This document shows positions 28,474 to 39,507 of a stretch of 64,000 bases of DNA, piece by piece; the first letter of the stretch is position 1; every line of letters starts with the position of its first letter. The notes below the pieces were generated by a model. It ran no database searches. It had not been told where the DNA came from and saw nothing but the letters and a program-made list of their open reading frames with translations. The position numbers and the translations under genes are program-made. Source of the stretch: Psychroflexus sp. (lineage in GTDB: Bacteria > Bacteroidota > Bacteroidia > Flavobacteriales > Flavobacteriaceae); contig CBFIGU010000001.1 of the NCBI GenBank assembly GCA_965662165.1, positions 5,254 to 69,253 on the forward strand, written 5' to 3'.

Positions 28474-29028
28474 ATGAGTTCAAAAAAAGGAAAAGTTGAA
28501 GATTTAATTGAACAAAAGTTTTTAGAAAATAGAACCGTATTTTTGAATGGTCAGGTTGACGGAAAATCAGCCAAACACGTAATTGATCGTTTAATGTATC
28601 TTGATATGGAAAGTCATGATGAAATTAAACTTTATATTAATAGTCCTGGCGGTTATGTAACCGACGGATTTGCAATTTACGACACCATGAAATCTATAAA
28701 AAGTCCAGTAAGTACTATTTGCTCTGGTCTTGCTGCATCAATGGGTTCTATACTTTTATCAGCTGGAGAAAAAGGGAGACGTTTTATCCAACCTTTAGCA
28801 AAAGTTATGATACACCAACCCATGGGTGGTGCCCAAGGTCAGGCTTCTAATATCGAAATTCAAGCCAACGAAATTTTAAAAACAAAAGAGTTAAGTGCTC
28901 GTATTTTAGCTGAAAATTGTGGGCAGGATTTTGATAAAGTAATGGCTGATTTTAAGCGTGATTATTGGATGGATGCTGAAGAATCTCTTGCCTATGGCAT
29001 TGTAGACCACCACTACAAAGACATGTAA
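28474..29028 (+). CDS. clpP: ATP-dependent Clp protease proteolytic subunit ClpP
   Basis: LYINSPGG, AASMGS (Ser), MIHQP (His), RDYWM (Asp). Confidence 0.93.
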   Translation: MSSKKGKVEDLIEQKFLENRTVFLNGQVDGKSAKHVIDRLMYLDMESHDEIKLYINSPGGYVTDGFAIYDTMKSIKSPVSTICSGLAASMGSILLSAGEKGRRFIQPLAKVMIHQPMGGAQGQASNIEIQANEILKTKELSARILAENCGQDFDKVMADFKRDYWMDAEESLAYGIVDHHYKDM

Positions 29029-29468
29029 TGTTACGGATAAAAGAAGTTTCTACAGATGAAATTTTACCGATAAGGCAACAAGTCTTACGTAAAGGAAAAT
29101 CTTTTGAAGCTTGTTTATTTAAAGGAGATCAATTAGAAAGCACCTATCATTTAGGTGTTTTTTTTGATACTAAATTGGTGGGAATTTGCACCTTAGTAAT
29201 AAGCAAAAAGAAAATTGAGAATATTCAATTTAATTATCAACTTCGTGGAATGGCTGTTTTAGAAAAATTTCAATCACAACGTATTGGCAAAGCCATTATG
29301 GAGCATCTTCCTACGTTTCTAGCAGAAAAAGAAATTGATAAAATTTGGTGTAATGCCAGGATTAAAGCTATTGGATTTTATGAAAAATTTCAATTTAAAA
29401 AAGTAGGCAAAGCCTTCGAAATTCCAGATGTGGGTCCGCACCAATTAATGTATAAGATATATGCATAG
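29028..29468 (+). CDS. GNAT family N-acetyltransferase
   Basis: YQLRGMAVLEKFQSQRIG, IWCNAR..AIGFYEKF.F. Confidence 0.9.
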   Translation: MLRIKEVSTDEILPIRQQVLRKGKSFEACLFKGDQLESTYHLGVFFDTKLVGICTLVISKKKIENIQFNYQLRGMAVLEKFQSQRIGKAIMEHLPTFLAEKEIDKIWCNARIKAIGFYEKFQFKKVGKAFEIPDVGPHQLMYKIYA

Positions 29469-30201
29469 AAGAAAGTTTGCTAAAACCATAAGTGTGAGTC
29501 TGCTTTCGTTTCAGCTTTTACCGAGTTTATTGAGTGGACTAGCAAACAAAGACTATCAATTTTTGATTGGAAAAGCTAAGACATCTCGCTTTCAAAAAAT
29601 AGATACGCATTATCTTGAAAAAGAAACGGCTATTCAGTTTAAAAAAATGAAAGATGCTGCTTTAAAAGATGGTGTAGATATTCAAATAGCTTCTGCATTT
29701 CGCAGTTTCAATCGTCAAAAAAGTATTTTTGAAACAAAACTTGAAGCTCTTCAAAAAGAAAATATAAATACATTAGAAGCTATCAAACAAATTATCAATT
29801 ATTCATCTATTCCAGGCACTTCTCGTCATCATTGGGGAACTGATTTAGATTTAATTGAAAAAAAGGAGTCGAATGTTGATGTTGACGATTTACTTTCAGA
29901 AAGACATTATAATAAAGGTGGCCGATTTCGCAAGCTTCATGAATGGATGTCTAAAAATGCGGCTTCATTCGGTTTTTATTTAGCTTATACCAATGAAACA
30001 AATCGAACCGGTTATTACTACGAACCATGGCACTATTCTTATTTGCCAAGTTCAAAAAAATATTTAAATAAATACTTACAATTAAACATTCAAAAAATAT
30101 TAAAGGATGAAAAGTTATTGGGTTTTGAAGTGATTGACGATGATTTTTTGGAAGCATATATTTCTGATTATGTCTTAGGAATTAATCCAATATTAAAGTA
30201 A
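29461..30201 (+). CDS. M15B (VanY-like) D,D-carboxypeptidase family metallopeptidase
   Basis: SAFRSFNRQ, PGTSRHHWGTDLD, YEPWHY. Confidence 0.88.
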   Translation: MHRRKFAKTISVSLLSFQLLPSLLSGLANKDYQFLIGKAKTSRFQKIDTHYLEKETAIQFKKMKDAALKDGVDIQIASAFRSFNRQKSIFETKLEALQKENINTLEAIKQIINYSSIPGTSRHHWGTDLDLIEKKESNVDVDDLLSERHYNKGGRFRKLHEWMSKNAASFGFYLAYTNETNRTGYYYEPWHYSYLPSSKKYLNKYLQLNIQKILKDEKLLGFEVIDDDFLEAYISDYVLGINPILK

Positions 30202-30262
30202 AGACCTAAACCATTCTTGTAAAAGATAAGATTGATTATTTTAGCAAAAAAGAAAATACAAT

Positions 30263-31777
30263 ATGGGTAAAAAAGTAATTTTAACGATTTTAGATGGTTG
30301 GGGCATCTCTCCAAACAAAGAAATATCTGCTGTAGACCAAGCTAAAACACCTGTTATGGATGGTCTATATAAAAAATACCCACATGCAAAGTTAAGAACC
30401 GATGGCATGCACGTTGGCTTGCCAGATGGACAAATGGGAAATAGCGAAGTTGGACATATGAATTTAGGCGCGGGTAGAATTGTTTACCAAGATTTAGCCA
30501 AAATTAACATGGCTGTAGAAAAAGACACGCTAAAGGAAGAGCCCGTTTTAAAAGAAGCATTTACCTACGCTAAAGAAAATAATAAAGCAGTTCACTTTTT
30601 AGGCTTAGTTAGTGATGGTGGTGTACATTCACACATTAAACACCTGAAGGGTCTTGTAAAAGCTGCTCAAGATTTTGGAGTTCAAAATAAATTTATACAT
30701 GCTTTTACAGATGGTCGAGATGTAGATCCAAATTCAGCCAAAGGCTTTGTAGAAGACTTACTTCCTTTCTTTAAAGAAAATGATGCAAAGCTAGCTTCAG
30801 TTATTGGAAGGTATTTTGCAATGGACCGAGATAAACGTTGGGAGCGAGTTAATAAAGCTTACCAATTATTAGTCAATGCAAAAGGTGAAGCCACAGAAGA
30901 TGTAATTTCTGCAATACAAAAAAGCTATGATAATGGGGTGACAGATGAATTTATAGAACCTATTTTAATTACTAAAAATAATAAGCCAGTTACACATATT
31001 GCAGAAAATGATGTAGTAATTTTCTTCAATTTTAGAACAGATCGTGGAAGACAACTTACACAAGCTTTGAGTCAGCAAGATTTTCCTGATTATGATATGA
31101 AAACGCTAAAGCTACATTATGTAACCATGACTAAGTATGACGATACTTTTAAAAACATTAATGTAGTTTACAAAAAAGAAAACTTAACAGATACCTTAGG
31201 AGAAGTTCTCGAAAAGAATAATAAAACTCAGTTAAGAGCCGCAGAAACTGAAAAATATCCACACGTAACTTTCTTCTTTTCTGGTGGCCGTGAAGAAGTT
31301 TTTAAAGGTGAAAATCGAATTATGGTAAATTCACCAAAAGTAGCCACTTACGATTTACAACCAGAAATGAGTGCATATGAATTGAAAGATAAATTGGTTG
31401 CAGAAATTGAAAATCAATCTTCAGACTTTATGTGTATAAATTTTGCTAATCCAGATATGGTAGGACATACTGGTGTTTTTGAAGCAGCAGTTAAGGCTTG
31501 CGAAACTGTAGACGAATGTTTGGGACAACTAGTCAGCAAAGCTGAAGAAAAAGGATATAGTATGATTGTTATTGCAGATCATGGTAATTCTGAAACGATG
31601 GTAAATCCAGATGGAAGCGCAAATACTGCCCATACTACTAACCCAGTACCTATTGTTTTGGTAGATCCAGATATTAAAGAAATTAAAGACGGAATTTTAG
31701 GAGATATTGCTCCTACTATCTTGAAACTTATGGATGTTAAACAACCCGAATTAATGACTCAAAAACCCCTTGTGTAA
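30263..31777 (+). CDS. gpmI: 2,3-bisphosphoglycerate-independent phosphoglycerate mutase
   Basis: ILDGWG, GQMGNSEVGH, AETEKYPHVT, ANPDMVGHTG, ADHGN, TAHT. Confidence 0.97.
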   Translation: MGKKVILTILDGWGISPNKEISAVDQAKTPVMDGLYKKYPHAKLRTDGMHVGLPDGQMGNSEVGHMNLGAGRIVYQDLAKINMAVEKDTLKEEPVLKEAFTYAKENNKAVHFLGLVSDGGVHSHIKHLKGLVKAAQDFGVQNKFIHAFTDGRDVDPNSAKGFVEDLLPFFKENDAKLASVIGRYFAMDRDKRWERVNKAYQLLVNAKGEATEDVISAIQKSYDNGVTDEFIEPILITKNNKPVTHIAENDVVIFFNFRTDRGRQLTQALSQQDFPDYDMKTLKLHYVTMTKYDDTFKNINVVYKKENLTDTLGEVLEKNNKTQLRAAETEKYPHVTFFFSGGREEVFKGENRIMVNSPKVATYDLQPEMSAYELKDKLVAEIENQSSDFMCINFANPDMVGHTGVFEAAVKACETVDECLGQLVSKAEEKGYSMIVIADHGNSETMVNPDGSANTAHTTNPVPIVLVDPDIKEIKDGILGDIAPTILKLMDVKQPELMTQKPLV

Positions 31778-32322
31778 TGCAAAGTATAATATCATTTAAA
31801 TTAGTAAGCTTAAGTATTTTCAGTTTATTATTTTTCAATTTGAATATAGGTCATCACTCTCCTGGTTCATTGCAAAATGATATCCTGTTAGGTGAATTAA
31901 AAATTGAAGAAATAGAAGATTTCTCTTGGTTCCAAAAAAATTATAATAGCTTTAATCCCAATAAAAAGACAACGGCTGCCATAGCAGAAAAACTGAAAGA
32001 AAATAATATATATATTGAAGCTTATTTTGGTACATGGTGCTCAGATAGTCAATATGAAGTTCCTAGTTTAATTAAACTTTTACATGCTGCGAAGTTCGAT
32101 ATGTCAAATCTCAAATTAGTAGGTGTAGGCAGAGACAAAAAAGTACCTAACATCAGTAAAGATGAAGCTGAAAAATTGAATGTAAAAATGGTTCCTACCT
32201 TCATATTTTATAAAAATGGTAAGGAAATAAACCGATTTGTTGAATTTGCACAAGTTAGCTTAGAAAAAGATATATTATCCATTTTAAAAGAAGAAGGCTA
32301 CGAACATAGCTATAAATTTTAA
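31777..32322 (+). CDS. exported thioredoxin-fold protein, CxxS type
   Basis: Hydrophobic N-terminus; FGTWCSDS active site; cis-Pro loop VPTFIFY. Confidence 0.8.
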   Translation: MQSIISFKLVSLSIFSLLFFNLNIGHHSPGSLQNDILLGELKIEEIEDFSWFQKNYNSFNPNKKTTAAIAEKLKENNIYIEAYFGTWCSDSQYEVPSLIKLLHAAKFDMSNLKLVGVGRDKKVPNISKDEAEKLNVKMVPTFIFYKNGKEINRFVEFAQVSLEKDILSILKEEGYEHSYKF

Positions 32323-32333
32323 GTCCATTTATT

Positions 32334-32765
32334 ATGATTTCTAATTCCAAACCTACTCTTGCTATAGATTTTGATGGCACGGTAGTAGAAAGCAAATATC
32401 CCAAAATTGGTAAACCCATGCTTTTTGCTTTCGAAACCCTTAAAAAATTACAAGACGAAGGTTACACTTTAATTCTTTGGACGTATCGCTCTGGCAAACG
32501 CCTTACTGAAGCGGTTGAGTTTTGTAAAGATCACGGTATTGAGTTTTACGCTGTGAATAAAAGTTATCCCGAGGAACAATTTGATGATGATATTAGTCGA
32601 AAAATTGCAGCAGATGTCTTTATAGATGACAGAAATATTGGTGGTTTTATTGGTTGGGGAAACGTGTACAAAGAATTGAGTGGAGAAAGTTTAGATCCCG
32701 TAACCATGCCTAAAAAAGAAAGTGGACTCAAAAAGCTTTTAAAAAAATTGAAATTAAGTAAATGA
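32334..32765 (+). CDS. BT0820-like HAD phosphatase
   Basis: AIDFDGTVVE..YPKIG, LILWTYR, RKIAADVFIDDRN. Confidence 0.85.
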   Translation: MISNSKPTLAIDFDGTVVESKYPKIGKPMLFAFETLKKLQDEGYTLILWTYRSGKRLTEAVEFCKDHGIEFYAVNKSYPEEQFDDDISRKIAADVFIDDRNIGGFIGWGNVYKELSGESLDPVTMPKKESGLKKLLKKLKLSK

Positions 32766-33571
32766 TTATAACAAAAACCAACGAAGAAATTGAATTAATG
32801 CGTGAAAGCGCGTTAATTGTCTCAAAAACACTTGGGATGATAGCCAAAGAAGTAAAGCCTGGCGTTACCACCTTAGAGCTAGACCGAAAAGCTGAAGAAT
32901 TTATAAGAGATCACCAAGCTATTCCTGGTTTTTTAGGTTTGTACGACTTTCCAAATACCTTATGTGTTAGTCCAAATGCACAAGTAGTTCACGGGGTTCC
33001 TAACAAAAACCCATTACAAGAAGGCGATATTATTTCTGTTGATTGTGGGGCTATAAAAAATGATTTTTATGGCGACCATGCTTACACCTTTCAAGTTGGT
33101 GAAGTTTCAGAAGAAGTGAAGAAGTTACTTCAAGTTACCAAAGAATCACTTTACAAAGGCATTAAGCAACTCAAATTGGGTAACAGAGTTGGTGATGTTG
33201 GTTTCGCCATTCAAAAACATGCTGAAAAAAATGGCTATGGCGTGGTACGAGAATTAGTTGGTCATGGTTTAGGTAAAAAAATGCATGAAGATCCAGAAAT
33301 GCCTAATTATGGAAAACGTGGACGTGGTAAAAAATTCGTTGAAGGAATGGTGGTTGCCATCGAACCCATGATTAACATGGGAACCAAACGAATTAAACAA
33401 TTACCAGACGGTTGGACCATACTAACAGCAGACGGATTACCATCTGCACATTTTGAACACGATGTTGCTATTGTAAATGGTAAACCCGAATTATTGTCTA
33501 CCTTTAAATATATTTATGAAGCCCTTGGAATTGAAAGTAATGAAGAAGAAGAATTTAGAGCAGTAACCTAA
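32762..33571 (+). CDS. map: methionine aminopeptidase type I
   Basis: VVHGVP, ISVDCG, GDHAYT, VGHGLG..MHEDP, AIEPMIN, SAHFEH. Confidence 0.96.
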   Translation: MIITKTNEEIELMRESALIVSKTLGMIAKEVKPGVTTLELDRKAEEFIRDHQAIPGFLGLYDFPNTLCVSPNAQVVHGVPNKNPLQEGDIISVDCGAIKNDFYGDHAYTFQVGEVSEEVKKLLQVTKESLYKGIKQLKLGNRVGDVGFAIQKHAEKNGYGVVRELVGHGLGKKMHEDPEMPNYGKRGRGKKFVEGMVVAIEPMINMGTKRIKQLPDGWTILTADGLPSAHFEHDVAIVNGKPELLSTFKYIYEALGIESNEEEEFRAVT

Positions 33572-33687
33572 ATTTTAATTAAAGATTATTCTTAGCAAAT
33601 TAAGTTATTAACAATTCATTTTAAATCATTTAATTACTTTGTTTAATTTTTAACTTCATTTTTTGAACAATAATCCTAAAAATGAAA

Positions 33688-33695
33688 TATTTTTG
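33688..33695 (+). promoter_or_regulatory. -7 element (TATTTTTG) for the regulator-crt operon
   Basis: Exact TAnnTTTG 18 nt before ATG 33714; TTTG at 33662-33665 is a possible -33. Confidence 0.55.
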
Positions 33696-33713
33696 GTTTT
33701 GTTAAATGAAGCT

Positions 33714-34613
33714 ATGGAAAATATTAAACAAAATTTCAGTATTAAAGATTTAGAGACGCTTAGCGGTATAAAAGCCCACACCATTCGTATGTGGGAAAAA
33801 CGTTATGGAGTTTTACAACCACAACGTACAGATACCAACATAAGAACATATGGTGTTAGCGGTCTTCAAAAGATTTTAAATATTGCCTTTTTAAATGAGA
33901 ACGGCTATAAAATTTCTCGTATCTCAAAAATGTCAGATGAAGAGATTTCAGAACTGGTTCAACGCATAACCACGAGCAAAAGCAACACCAATCGCGCTGT
34001 AAAGTCTTTGAAGGTAGCTATGATGAATTTTGACCAGCCATTGTTCTTAAGAACTTATGATGGTTTGCTTGAAAACTTAACGTTTAGAGACATTTACAAT
34101 CAGGTTTTTATTCCTTTATTACAAGAAATTGGTTTCTTGTGGCAAGCGGGTACCATTACTCCGGCTCACGAACAATTCATATCTTCATTAATAAAACAAA
34201 AATTGTTCATCAATATAGAGATGCTTCAAAAAGAGCAACCTAGCAAGAAAGATAAAGTTTTTGTTTTGTTTCTGCCGAACGAAGAAATTCATGACATTGG
34301 CTTGTTTTATGCCAATTACGAAATTCTTCTTCATGGTTACAAAGTAATTTTTCTAGGCCAGAGTTTACCTATGGAAGATTTAAGCTATCTTTCAAAATTA
34401 TTCGATTATACTGTTTTTGTTAGTTATCTTACCGTTAAACCTGAAAATGTAGAAGAATATATTCATAAATTTACCAGTGAAATTTGTACATCAGAATGTT
34501 GTGAGTATTGGTTACTCGGTAGAAAAGCAGTAGAACTTATTGAAAATGATGTAGATTTACCAGAACGAGTTCGTGCATTTAATAATATAAATGACCTAAC
34601 ACTTAATTTGTAA
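33714..34613 (+). CDS. MerR-family cobalamin-binding photoregulator (CarH/LitR-like)
   Basis: FSIKDLETLSGIKAHTIRMWEKRYG HTH; W-x9-E motif; EIHDIG (ExHxxG) B12 motif; directly upstream of crtI. Confidence 0.88.
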   Translation: MENIKQNFSIKDLETLSGIKAHTIRMWEKRYGVLQPQRTDTNIRTYGVSGLQKILNIAFLNENGYKISRISKMSDEEISELVQRITTSKSNTNRAVKSLKVAMMNFDQPLFLRTYDGLLENLTFRDIYNQVFIPLLQEIGFLWQAGTITPAHEQFISSLIKQKLFINIEMLQKEQPSKKDKVFVLFLPNEEIHDIGLFYANYEILLHGYKVIFLGQSLPMEDLSYLSKLFDYTVFVSYLTVKPENVEEYIHKFTSEICTSECCEYWLLGRKAVELIENDVDLPERVRAFNNINDLTLNL

Positions 34614-34614
34614 G

Positions 34615-36072
34615 ATGCAAAAAAAAATATCTATAATTGGTTCAGGATTCTCATCCTTATCTGCCGCTTGTTATTTAGCCAAAGCTGGTCACAAAGTTGA
34701 AGTTTTTGAAAAAAATGAAATTTTAGGTGGACGAGCTAGACAGTTTAAAGCCGAAGGTTTTACGTTTGATATGGGTCCTTCTTGGTATTGGATGCCCGAT
34801 GTATTTGAACGCTTTTTTAATGACTTCGGGAAAAAAGTTTCAGATTATTATCAATTAGATAAACTAAATCCAGGCTATTCTGTTTTCTTCGGAAAAAACG
34901 ATAAAATCGATATAGAAGATTCTTTAGATAAAATTTCTAAAGTATTTGAAGAAGAAGAAGAAAACTCTTCATCTAAGTTGAAAAACTTTATGGATGAAGC
35001 TTCAGATAATTATGAAATTGCCATAAAAGATTTAGTATACAAACCAGGCGTTTCTCCATTAGAGCTTGTAACTTGGAAAACCGCAAAAAAAGTTGGTCAG
35101 TTTTTTGGAAATATCTCTAACGATGTAGACAAAGACTTCAAAAATGAACGTTTACGACAGATATTAAAATTTCCTGTTTTATTTTTAGGAGCAAAGCCAA
35201 TTGATACACCTTCTTTTTACAATTTTATGAATCATGCTGACTTTGGTCTTGGCACATGGCACCCAAAAGGCGGGATGCATCAAATTGTTGTTGCTATGGT
35301 TAAGTTAGCTAAATCGTTAGGTGTTAATTTTCATACCAATGCTAATATTGAAAAAATTGAAGTAGAAAATAATCAGGTAAAAGGTTTAGTTTGTAATGGT
35401 GAATTTATAGCTTCAGATACTGTTTTAAGTGGTGCAGATTATCATCATACTGAAACTCTACTTGACGAACAACACAGACAATATTCTGAAAATTACTGGA
35501 AAAAGAAAACTTTTGCACCTTCATCCTTACTATTTTATCTAGGAATTGATAAAAAGCTTACCAAAGTTAATCATCATAATTTATTTTTTGATGTAGACTT
35601 CGAAAAGCATGCAGAAGAAATTTACACTAGTCCTAAATGGCCTACAGAACCATTGTTTTATGCTAATTTCACATCACTTACAGATCCAACAACAGCACCT
35701 GCAGGATGTGAAAATGCCTTCTTTTTAGTTCCTATAGCAACAGATTTAGAAGACACTCCAGAATTAAGAGAACAATATTATGACATTGTTATATCAAGAT
35801 TTGAAGAATTAACGGGAGAAAAAATTAAAGACCACGTAATTTATAAAAGATCATTTTGTGTAAATGATTTTAAAAATGATTATAACTCTTATGGCGGAAA
35901 TGCTTATGGTATGGCCAACACCTTATTGCAAACTGCATTTTTGAGACCTAAACTAAAAAGTAAAAAAATAGAGAATTTATTTTTCACAGGCCAATTAACC
36001 GTTCCAGGACCTGGCGTGCCACCAGCGCTAATTTCTGGTAAATTGGTATCAGAATTAATAGAAAAAAATTAA
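34615..36072 (+). CDS. crtI: phytoene desaturase
   Basis: IIGSGFSSL FAD fold, FDMGPSWYWMPD, GQLTVPGPGVPPALISG. Confidence 0.93.
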   Translation: MQKKISIIGSGFSSLSAACYLAKAGHKVEVFEKNEILGGRARQFKAEGFTFDMGPSWYWMPDVFERFFNDFGKKVSDYYQLDKLNPGYSVFFGKNDKIDIEDSLDKISKVFEEEEENSSSKLKNFMDEASDNYEIAIKDLVYKPGVSPLELVTWKTAKKVGQFFGNISNDVDKDFKNERLRQILKFPVLFLGAKPIDTPSFYNFMNHADFGLGTWHPKGGMHQIVVAMVKLAKSLGVNFHTNANIEKIEVENNQVKGLVCNGEFIASDTVLSGADYHHTETLLDEQHRQYSENYWKKKTFAPSSLLFYLGIDKKLTKVNHHNLFFDVDFEKHAEEIYTSPKWPTEPLFYANFTSLTDPTTAPAGCENAFFLVPIATDLEDTPELREQYYDIVISRFEELTGEKIKDHVIYKRSFCVNDFKNDYNSYGGNAYGMANTLLQTAFLRPKLKSKKIENLFFTGQLTVPGPGVPPALISGKLVSELIEKN

Positions 36073-36083
36073 AAACAGTTGCT

Positions 36084-36923
36084 ATGAAATCAATTTTCGA
36101 TCAAGTTGCAAGGGATTGTAGTAAGAAAGTAACCCAATCTTACAGCACATCCTTTTCCATTGCTACCAAACTATTAGCTCCATCCATTCGCCAAGATATT
36201 TATAACATTTATGGTTTTGTTCGTTTTGCAGACGAAATTGTAGATACCTTCCATGAGTTTGATAAAGAAGATTTATTAGACGAATTTGAAGCAGAACTCT
36301 ACAAAGCTTTAGAACGAAAAATTAGTTTAAATCCTATTTTAAATGCTTTTCAAGAAACGGTTCATAAATATAATATTCCACAAAATCTTTATGATGCATT
36401 TTTAAGAAGTATGCGTAAGGATTTAAGTAAATCTACTTACAAAACACAAGCAGAATATGAAGATTACATCTATGGTAGTGCTGATGTTGTAGGATTGATG
36501 TGTTTAAAAGTTTTCGTGAAAGGAGATGATGAAATGTATGACCGATTGAAGCAAGATGCTATGAAATTAGGTTCTGCATTTCAAAAGGTAAATTTCTTAC
36601 GAGATTTAAAAGCAGATTACGAAGAATTGAGTAGATCTTATTTTCCAAATGCTAATTTGGAACAACTAGACGAAGAAACTAAACAAGAAATTATTGATGA
36701 AATTGAAGCTGATTTTAAAGCTGGTTTACGCGGAATTACCCAACTTCCTGTAGAAGCAAAACTTGGGGTTTATACCGCTTATATTTATTATTTAAAATTG
36801 CTTCATAAATTAAAACAAACACCTTCTTTAGAAATTAAAAACACGAGAATTAGTGTACCTAATTATACTAAAGCTAGTTTGTTAGCTAAATCTTTTATTT
36901 CTTGTAGATTAAATTTAATTTAA
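36084..36923 (+). CDS. crtB: phytoene synthase
   Basis: YSTSFS, RFADEIVD, ADVVGLMC, VNFLRDL. Confidence 0.94.
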   Translation: MKSIFDQVARDCSKKVTQSYSTSFSIATKLLAPSIRQDIYNIYGFVRFADEIVDTFHEFDKEDLLDEFEAELYKALERKISLNPILNAFQETVHKYNIPQNLYDAFLRSMRKDLSKSTYKTQAEYEDYIYGSADVVGLMCLKVFVKGDDEMYDRLKQDAMKLGSAFQKVNFLRDLKADYEELSRSYFPNANLEQLDEETKQEIIDEIEADFKAGLRGITQLPVEAKLGVYTAYIYYLKLLHKLKQTPSLEIKNTRISVPNYTKASLLAKSFISCRLNLI

Positions 36924-36942
36924 ATACAAAAGACAATTATTT

Positions 36943-38861
<1,919 letters not shown>

Positions 38862-38862
38862 C

Positions 38863-39507
38863 ATGAAAAAAATTACAGAACTCCCCTACTCGTATCCCAT
38901 TGCTGCTGGCATTCTTTGGTTATTTCACATCAGTGGAATTATAGGAATAAGCTTAGGACACTTGGATTGGTTTGCATCCAGAACAAGCCTTAATTTAATC
39001 ATATTAGGTTTAGTTTTATTCATTTACTTTCCTGTAAACAAGTTAAAACTTTGGAGTGTTTTCATTGCACTAGCAAGCATTGGAATTTTTGTGGAATACC
39101 TTGGTGTAAATTATGGCTTGTTTTTTGGCGAATATAGCTATGGTGAAAATATGGGACCAAAAATTGGTGGAGTACCATGGCTAATTGGTCTAAATTGGGC
39201 TTTACTTACTTTTATAACGGGTGCTATTGCTAATTATCTCGCTAATCATTGGTTTTTAAAATCACTATTAGGAACATTTTTAATGCTTTTCTTAGATATT
39301 TTTATGGAAACTTCTGCTCCAATTTTCGATTTTTGGGAATTTAAGGGTGGTTATGCACCCATAGATAATTACATAGCATGGGGAATTGTTGCTTTTATAA
39401 TGCATATAATTTTTAGCGCATTGAAGCTGAAAGGAAATTTAATGATCAGCCTTCACATGTTTTTTGTTCAACTTGTATTTTTTATCTATTTCTATGTCTA
39501 CTTCTAA
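38863..39507 (+). CDS. cruF: carotenoid 1,2-hydratase (CruF/DUF422 family)
   Basis: Multi-TM; GIFVEYLGV..G..FGEY.Y, PWLIGLNW, FLDIFME, PIDNYIAW. Confidence 0.82.
   Translation: MKKITELPYSYPIAAGILWLFHISGIIGISLGHLDWFASRTSLNLIILGLVLFIYFPVNKLKLWSVFIALASIGIFVEYLGVNYGLFFGEYSYGENMGPKIGGVPWLIGLNWALLTFITGAIANYLANHWFLKSLLGTFLMLFLDIFMETSAPIFDFWEFKGGYAPIDNYIAWGIVAFIMHIIFSALKLKGNLMISLHMFFVQLVFFIYFYVYF

Noticed and set aside
29461-30201. VanY-like gene as glycopeptide resistance
   Set aside because: No vanHAX/vanRS; M15 peptidases are ordinary cell-wall enzymes in Gram-negative Bacteroidota.
33605-33613. DnaA-box-like TTATTAACA
   Set aside because: Single copy with no box cluster or dnaA/gidA context, so no evidence for oriC.
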